NCBI RefSeq assembly: GCF_009914755.1
Contig: NC_060925.1
DNA length: 64,000 nucleotides
DNA from: the human T2T-CHM13v2.0 reference genome, Homo sapiens
Strand: one strand, 5' to 3'
In this document: piece after piece, positions 52,965 through 64,000 of the stretch
Layout: each line of letters starts with the position of its first letter
Numbering within the stretch: position 1 is the first letter of the stretch
The notes under the pieces: model-generated
What the model saw: the letters and a program-made list of their open reading frames with translations, nothing else
Database searches by the model: none
Told to the model about the DNA's origin: nothing
Made by a program: the position numbers and the translations under genes

Positions 52965-55329
52965 CAGGCACACCTCAGAGATATGCAGGGTTCAGTTGCC
53001 ACCAGGACAAAGCGAATATCACAAAAAAAAAACAAGTCACGTGAATTTTTTTGGTTTCGCAGAGCATATAGAAGTTATGTTTACTCTATATTGTAGTCTA
53101 CTAAGTGTACGAGAGCATTATGTCTTAAAAAATGTATGTATCTTAATTTTAAAATACTTTATTGCTGAAAAATGCTAACAATTACCCAAGCCTTCAGCAA
53201 GTTATCATCTTTTTGCTGGTGGAGTGTCTTGCCTCAGTGTTGATGGCTGCTGACTCATCAGGGGAGTGGTTGCTGAAAGTTGGAGTGGCTGTGGCAATTT
53301 CTTAAAGATAAAAATGAAGTTTCCCACATCTATTGACTCTTCCTTTCATGAACATCTTCCCTGCAGCATTAGATGCTGTTTGATAGCATTTTACTCACAG
53401 TAGAACTTCTTTCAAAATTGGGGTCAATCCTCTCAAACCCTGCCACTGTTTTATCAACTAAGTTGATAGAATATTCTAAATTTTTTGTTGTCATTTTAAC
53501 AATGTTCATGGCGTCTTCAACAGAATATGTTCTATCTCAAGAAACCACTTTTTTACTCATCCCTAAGAAGCAACTTCTCATCTGTTCAACTTTGATCATG
53601 AGATTGCAGGAATTCAGTCACACCTTTAGGCTCCACTTCTAACTCTAGTTCTTTTGCTATTTCTACCACATCTGCAGTGACTTCCTCCACTGACTTCTTG
53701 AACCCCTCAAAGTCATCCATCAGGATTAGAATCAACTTCTTTCAGACTCTTATTGATGCTAATATTTTGACCTCTTCTGATGAATCACAAATGTTCTTAA
53801 TGTCATCTAGAATGGTGAATCCTTTCCAGAAGATTTTCCATGTACTTCCAGATCCCTCAGAGGAGTCACTATGTGTGGCAACTATAGCCTTATGAAATGT
53901 ATTTCTTAAATAATAAGAAATAAGCTCCTGATTCATGGGCTGCAGAATGGATGTTGTGTTGGCAGGCATGAAAACAACATTAGCCTCCTTGTACATCTCC
54001 ACTCAGAGCTCTTGGGTGACAGGTTCATTGTCAAAGAGCAGTCATATTTTAAAAGGAATCTTCTTTTCTGAGCAGTAGCTTTCAATAATGGGCTTAGAAC
54101 ATTCAATAAACCATGCTGGAAATAGACGTGTTGTCATCCAGGCTTTGTTATTCCACTTACAGAGCACACGTTAGCAAGATTCTAAGGGCCCTAGGATTTC
54201 TGGAATGGTAAATGAGCATTGGCTTCACCTTAAAGTCATCAACTGCATTAACCCTTATCAAGAGAGTCAGCCTATCCTTTGAAGCTTTGAAGCCAGGCAT
54301 TGACTTCACCTCTCTAGCTATGAAAGCCATAGATGGCATCTTCTTCCAATATAAGCCTGTTTCATCTCCATTAAAAATCTGTTGTGTAGTGTAGCCACCT
54401 TCATCTATGATCTTTGCTAGATCTTCTGGATAACTTGCTGCAGCTTCTACATCAGCACTTGCTGCTTCGCCTTGCACTTTTATGTGATGGAGATGGCTTC
54501 TTTCCTTAAACCTTGTGAACCAACCTCTACTAACCTCAAACTTTTCTTCTGCAGCCTTCACAGAATTGAAGAGAGTTAGGAGCTTGTTTTGGATTAGGCT
54601 TTGGCTTAAGGGAATGTGGTGGCTGGTTTGATCTTTTATCCAGACCACTTAAATTTCTCCATATCAGTAATAAGGCTGCTTTGCTTTCTTATCATTTGTG
54701 TGTTCACTGGAGTAGCATTTTTAATTTCCTTCAAAAACCTTTTCTTTGCAATCACAACTTGGTTAATTGGTTAATTGGTGCAAGAGGCCTAGCTTTCAGC
54801 CTATTTCAGCTTTCAACATGTCTTATTCACTAAGCTTAATCATTTCTAGCTTTTAATTTAAAGTGAGAGATGTGTGACCCTTCCTTTCACTTGAACACTT
54901 AGAAGCCATTGTACGGTTATTAATTGGCCTAATGTAAAAATTGTGTCTCAGGGAATAGGAAGGCTCGAGGAGAGGGAGAGAGAGGGAGGAACAGCGAGTC
55001 AATAGAGCAGTCGGACACACATGACATTTATTGATCAAGTTCACCATCTTATAGATGGGTGGTTTGCAGTGTATCAAAACAATTATGATAGTAACATCAA
55101 AGATCACTGATCACAGACTAACATAGCATATATAATAATAATGAAAACATTTGAAATATTGTGAGAATTACCAAACTGTGACACAGAGACCCAAAGTGAA
55201 CACTTGCTGTTGGAAAAATGGCACCAATAGACTTGCTCAATGCGGGATTGCCACAGACCTTCAATTAGTAAAAAGCACAGTATTTGTGAAGCACAATAAA
55301 GCAATGCACAATAAAACCAGGTGTGTCTG
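52965..55329 (-). mobile_element. Near full-length Tigger1 (TcMar/pogo) DNA transposon with a decayed transposase
   Basis: TIRs caggcacacctc... / ...caggtgtgtctg, flanks TA/TG, about 2.37 kb. ORF 54157..54648 (-) has [43 protein letters not shown]; ORF 53742..54002 has [17 protein letters not shown]. Confidence 0.95.
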
Positions 55330-55412
55330 TGCTAAGTGCTGGTGAGGATGTGGATAATTAGAACTTGCAAATCCTACATCTACTTTGGAAAATAGTTTGG
55401 CGGGTTTCTTTT

Positions 55413-55703
<291 letters not shown>

Positions 55704-56111
55704 GGTAGGTTTCTTTTTAAAATGAAGTTGAGCATACATTTATAAACACTTATTCAACTCAACAATCTTACTCTTATTTATCTGGGAATTTACCCAAGTG
55801 AATTGAAAACTTATGTTCACACAAAAACCTGTACATGAATGTTGATGGTAGGTTTATTTATAATCGTCCCAATCCGGAAATAGCCCAAATGCCCTTCAAA
55901 TGGTGAGTGGATAAACAATGGGTATATCCACACAATAGAATACTACTTAACAAGGAAAGTGACAGACTCTTGACACACACAAAAACATAGATGAATCTCA
56001 AATGTGTTATTTTAAGTGAAAGAAACCACATTTAAGAAGCTGCTTCCTATATGATTCCATGTATAGGACATTCTGTAAAAGGGAAGACTATAGAGATGGA
56101 CAACAGATCGG

Positions 56112-56436
<325 letters not shown>

Positions 56437-56621
56437 TGAGGGGCTAGTGTGGGGGGAAAGGTTGACTACAGGGGCATAAACAAACGTCGTGACATGTTGG
56501 AAACATTCTATAGCTTGACTGTGGTGGTGTTTATATGAATACATACATTGGCCAAAGCTCATAGAATGCTAAAAAGGATGAATTTTACTGCATGTAAATT
56601 ATACCTCAAAAACAATAATGA

Positions 56622-57168
<547 letters not shown>

Positions 57169-57387
57169 GCGTGCACGAGACTGAGAGAGAGAGAGAGAGA
57201 GACCAATGACAACAAAACCACTAGCAAAAAAACTTTAATGGTTCCCATTTGCCAAAGGAATTAAAGTCCAAACTCTTAGGCAGACCTTCTTTCTGACCAT
57301 TTCTGCTATTCATTTTCTCTCCACACCAGCTAAACGTTGCTGTCACGCAAACATGCCCTGGGTTTTCTACTCAGTCTGTACTATCTC

Positions 57388-57515
57388 ATCTCCTGGAATA
57401 CTCTCCTCTCTAGCTCTGCCAGTCAAAATACTCCATCAGCAGAGGCCCAGAATCTCCTGGAATACTCTCCTCTCTAGCTCTGCCAGTCAAAATACTCCAT
57501 CAGCAGAGGCCCAGA
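57388..57515. repeat. Perfect 2 x 64-bp tandem duplication
   Basis: atctcctggaatactctcctctctagctctgccagtcaaaatactccatcagcagaggcccaga at 57388-57451 and 57452-57515. Confidence 0.97.
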
Positions 57516-58666
57516 GCAATCGCCACCTCTTTCCTCACACCCTCCCTGGACCCCACAATCTAGAAGGGCTGATCACTCCAGAGCTTTCAGCTTCCTCACC
57601 GTTCCCAAATCCCCTGGTATCTGCCCTTACTTGCTCATCTATACTTTCATACCTTTACATTCCCTTTTCCCCCTTCTAGGATAAACTAGGCTACACACCA
57701 ACTTCTGCCTCTTTGCCTCCTGCACACACACACTTTAACCTCCGGGAAAACTCCTACACATTCCTCAGGTCCAGCTGGTATGTCACTTCACACGACAACT
57801 TCCCTGAATCTGTTCAGAGTTAGGCACTTTCTCCTTTAGGTACCCTCAGCTCTTTGTTGATGGCGGGATTACAGCCCAGCCAGTGGTGCTATATGTATTT
57901 GATAATTCTGTTATTACTCTGCTGTCCTCCCTATTAAGGTGTCTGCTTTTAAGGACATTAAGTGTGTCTTATTCATCTTTGAATCCCAGGACTTCTTTTA
58001 TAAAATAGGTAGATAATAAAAACAATGCATGAGTGGATGAATTTTCCCAGCAATATTCCTTGGCTCCCCCATTGACCAAAAATGGTACCATGAAAGACAA
58101 ACCTGTAACCCTGCCCCTGTCTCAGTCATTTGTGTCATTGTAAGGGTTTTGTTTTGCTCTGTTTGGAACAATTCTTTGGACACAGACAATTCAACTCGAG
58201 CAAACTGTACTCAAGAGGTGGCAGTGAGCGGTCACTGCAGCCTTGGAAAGGCCCTGCCTGGCACACATCGCACTCACTTAGGATGCCTCCACATCCCCAG
58301 TCCCAGAAGAGGTGAGGAGAGAAGGCAGCTGCTGACAGGAGGAACTGGGACGGTGTCACCGCTGGTGGTGATTGATGCCCCTGTTCTCGCTTGCTCATTC
58401 CCTGCCGTTGCTGCTTCCTCAGCAGGGGAGGTGCCCTTCCTAGCAGGTCCACCCTCCCAGCACGGCCTCTCCCAGGGCCTCTCACCAGTTCATCAGCCCT
58501 CACCACTCTCCCTCCAAACCCTGGAGTGCTGACAGGTGCCCAGGAGAGAAAGGCATGGGGACGGATTCTGGGAGCCGACTCTCATGGTTGTTTACACTGA
58601 GATGAGAGTGCGGGGGTCCCAACCAAGCTGTGAACAAGCCCCTGCTAGGAAGATAAGCCCTGAGGG

Positions 58667-58769
58667 AGATACATACACACACACACAGATACACACACAC
58701 ACACACACAGATACACACACAGATACACACACACGCAGATACACACACACATACACACACACACACACA
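58667..58769. repeat. Interrupted (CA)n with periodic GATA units
   Basis: Read directly from the sequence; source of the CV/TH-repeat ORFs. Confidence 0.95.
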
Positions 58770-59144
58770 TGCCTACAGGGAGTCTTCCTGGATGGAGCTT
58801 TGGCCACAAGCTCTCCCTAGTTGTCTCCCGGTGAGATAGAAGGAGCCAAGTATTTTTACAGGCAATAGGCAGGCCTGAAGCCTTAGTGAAAATCTGGCTG
58901 AGGGTGGCCAGCACCTTCATCTGAGCACTCTAGACTTTGCCATTCTCTAGAAAAAGAAAGATAAATCCAAGAAAAAAAGGAGGAGGCTGTTTGCCCAGTG
59001 AGGCTCTCTCTGACAACACAGCCCTACTCAACTTTGCTCCATGGTGGTCCAGATGGCCCAGGTGGCGGGGAAGCTCCCCTGGGGCCCAACGAGGGTGACA
59101 TGGAAAAATTTTAAAACTCTGCAACACATATATCAACTGGCTGC

Positions 59145-60460
<1,316 letters not shown>

Positions 60461-60664
60461 TTCCTTGCCTCTCCCTGTCTGTCATGCCTACATCCCCATA
60501 TAGAATATCTCACCCTCTGTGACCTGCAAAGCATGAGGACCCAACAGTCCCTTCTAATGGATCATTACCTGAGAAAGCTGAATAGCACATTGTGTCCACA
60601 CCCAAGTTTCCCCAGACCAGTTCAGACTGGGAGTAGGAATGGGCTGCCATGCTGGAGCCTCTAC

Positions 60665-60870
60665 CTAGTTATTGAGCACTTACTGCATGCCAGACCCTGG
60701 ACTAATAATGTGTCTCATGCACATTATTATCTCATTTAATCCTTTCAGTAACCACATGGGTAGTATTATTATATCCACTATACAGATGAGAAAAGAGTGG
60801 AGCAGAGAGGTCAAGTGACTTAATGCCATATATATTGTCAGTGCCAGAGCATTTCTTGAACCCAGATCTG
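60665..60870 (-). mobile_element. MIR
   Basis: ttattgagcacttactgcatgccagac...tacagatgagaaa...agagaggtcaagtgactt...tgaacccagatctgt. Confidence 0.85.
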
Positions 60871-61693
60871 TAGGAAAACAATATCTTTCAAAGTTTTAAA
60901 ATATAAAGCTTTTTTATTTCACACAATTTTCATGGTCCATCTCCTCTATTTGCCATGTGGGTTTTTTTTAATTTGCTATTTAATGTTGTTCTAGGTAAAG
61001 AAAATTTAACATTTTACAGTATTAGCATTCCAAAACCCATATCTTGGGCCTACTTCTAAGTCTGAGATTCCCAGGAATATCTCAAGGAGCTCATGCAGAG
61101 TCCTCTGCACTCCTCTGTGGCACCTGCATCTTCCTCTCTCGCACTTCCCACCTTTTGACAAGCCCACTGTCCCAATCCTGGCTGCCCTCCTGGCTTCCTA
61201 GAGGGAGCAGGCCCCCTGTCCTCCCAAACCTGCAGGCCTTTCAGATGCCAAAATTAGGCTGAGTGCCCAGGAATCTCAGCACTGAAGCTACGTTTGTATG
61301 GAATGGCCCCTTCCTATTACTGTCTCATATTTCATTATTAAAATCATGGCAATAATAGCATGACTGAGCATTTCTTATACTGGAAACATAGCCACGTAAC
61401 CATGCACAGCCAGACTGCTTCCAGTCCCGTGTCTCTCGGCGTCCTCAGCGACAGGAGTTTCTCCTGCTCTGTCTGCAGCTGTTCTCTCCAGAAAGCTCAA
61501 ACATGAGCTCATCAAGCTGGGCTCTGAGGCAGAGGGAAGGGGAATAGGAGCAATCAAGCCAGATCCCTGTTGTTTTCTCCATCTACGTGGGATCCCAGTA
61601 CTCCTTTGAACTCCTTCCATGATCTAAAAGGCCCACATATAAACCAATCTCCTGGGTTCTCTTTACTGTTCAGTGAGACAAGTCCAAACATGT

Positions 61694-62213
<520 letters not shown>

Positions 62214-62267
62214 CACACCTTAAGTTTCAGGAGAAAAAAAATGTAGGCTGACAGGGAGCACCCCAGT

Positions 62268-62301
<34 letters not shown>

Positions 62302-62326
62302 GCACACACACACACACACACACACA
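62268..62326. repeat. (CA)n microsatellite with CG interruptions
   Basis: Read directly from the sequence. Confidence 0.95.
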
Positions 62327-62489
62327 GAAACAGAGTAGCCTCATTTCAATTGTGATGCCCTTGGCAGGGGGGCCCCTCCTACTTTACTGAGAATCATTTC
62401 CCATGCTCCCTGCAGGGGCCCCAGTGGACATTATGGGCATAATGCAGGAGCCAAGTACCATTACCCTCAGGTTCTCTCTACCACATCAT

Positions 62490-62680
62490 GCTGTTATAGT
62501 TTCCTTAGAATGCTTATCACTATAATTATGTCTTACTCACTACTTCTCATCTCCCTCCTGTCACCCTGGAATATGAGTTCCATGAGACCATGGTCCTGAT
62601 ATGTAGTGTTCCCTGCTGTAACCCCAGTGCACATGGTAAGCACTCAATAAGCATTAGGTGGACAAATGAATGACTGAACG
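62490..62680 (+). mobile_element. L2 3' end
   Basis: gagttccatgagac...cacatggtaagcactcaataagcatt...aatgaatgactga. Confidence 0.7.
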
Positions 62681-63857
62681 AGTGCCAAGTCTCTTTTGTT
62701 ACTTTGCCACCCTTACTTAACACCTGCACTGCCCATGTGCCCCTCTAGACCCTCAAAAGCCAAACTCCATACATCACCCTAAAGGTCGAACATCTTAGAG
62801 ACCAAGACCAAAAGGGGTTGGGTCTCATGTTTTGTCTCTCTGGAAGGGCAAAGGAGCAGGGTTTTTTTGTTTGTTTGTTTCATTTTTTACAATGGCCAGC
62901 ATCTGGGCAATGGATCAGAGGGGCTTTCAGCTGATGTGAGATGCCTGGAACCCATGAACACAACCAGCAGGAAGCCTACATGCCCTGCCCTCGCCCCTCT
63001 CCTCCCCACCAGCAAGGCAAAGCAGGCAACTTGTCCTCCAATCCTTCCCACATCTTTCAGGCCATGTGCCATCATCTGCAACTCCTTGTCCAGCCTGCCT
63101 TTGGGGTTCGTTTGGTTAGTGTTAGGGTGAAGGTAGCCAGGATCCTCTGCCCCTAAGGGTATTAGTGTGGGTCACCAGCAGGTGATGGAGCTCAATGATG
63201 ATAGGTGCTAGCAGGTGTCAAGCTGGTGGTGCCTGCTTGTCCCTGAATATGGACCGGCTACAGGCAAGCTGAGCAGCCAAGCAGAGGGAGGGGACCCTCA
63301 CAGGCCAGACGCCCCACCATGTGGGTGAAGAATGTGAGCTATGCTGCCCTTATGAACAACATGTGTTATTTTACTTTATCAGTTGATTAGGGGACTAATC
63401 AGCTCAGGGATATGAAGCGGAAGGTTACAGCCATGCCCCTGGTAATCCTTGGACTGCAATCCCTGGGCCCAGCTCACGTCAGCAGCACTTGATTTCCATG
63501 CACAGTTTGCGTATGTTGGTGGAAGGTTCAAGGTCTTACCCTACGAGTTTTCAAAACATGCCATTCATAAGTGTCCTTTTAAAAAAACGCAATAGCATTT
63601 CAAAAATTAATACACAACCACTGCAAGAAAACACAGAAAAGCATAAAGAGACAAATGAATATTCATATTTATTGGTTTGGTATTTTTCAGTGTTTATATA
63701 CACATATATACACAGTATGTACAACATTGGTTTTTGTTGTTTTTGTTGGGGAATGAGTCCAAAATTGGGTTCACATTTTGCATAAAAAATTTTACAGCTT
63801 GCTTTTTTTGCTTAGCAAAATACCATAAGAACTTCTCTGTAACATCAGCCTGATTTA

Positions 63858-63997
63858 AAATATATATATATATATATTGTAAAGAGGGGGTTTTGCCATG
63901 TTGCCCAGACTGATCTTGAACTCCTGAGCTCAAGTGATCCTACCAACTCAGCATCCCAAAGTGCCGGGATTACAGGCGTGAGCCACCACTCCAGACC
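63858..63997 (-). mobile_element. Alu left monomer (FLAM_C-like) with (TA)n tail
   Basis: ttgccatgttgcccagactgatcttgaactcctgagctcaagtgatcct...gattacaggcgtgagccacc. Confidence 0.88.
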
Positions 63998-64000
63998 AAG

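Noticed and set aside
54157-54648. Functional transposase/TIGD1-like gene
   Set aside because: Fragment of a decayed Tigger1 ORF with no intact start and interrupted flanking frames.
58500-58920. CV/TH-repeat ORFs
   Set aside because: Translations of the (CA)n microsatellite.

Overview
Primate (human-like) genomic DNA, about half covered by interspersed repeats (Alu, L1, L2, MIR, MaLR/ERV LTRs, hAT and Tigger DNA transposons). I found no convincing intact protein-coding exon; the listed ORFs are repeat-derived, low-complexity or GC-rich chance ORFs. Best-supported elements: a full-length RPL39 processed pseudogene (56710-57117; 17-bp TSD, premature stop) inserted into an Alu monomer, a near full-length Tigger1 (52965-55329), a solo HERV-H LTR7-family LTR (30330-30789), a MER45-family element, and many insertions with readable target-site duplications (TSDs). 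A CpG-rich promoter-like region (~2880-3750) ends in a + strand splice donor, and a second repeat-free block (~46860-48530) carries a strong donor at 47580/47581. Together they suggest the alternative 5' ends and long first intron(s) of a + strand gene whose coding exons lie beyond the window; I cannot confirm its identity. I did not find a new biological system. The most notable oddities are a probable L1 3'-transduction, an apparently templated MER45 fragment inside a MIR, a perfect 64-bp tandem duplication and a duplicated TEAD-motif unit. Repeat subfamily names come from recalled consensus sequences. Boundaries without a TSD are approximate.
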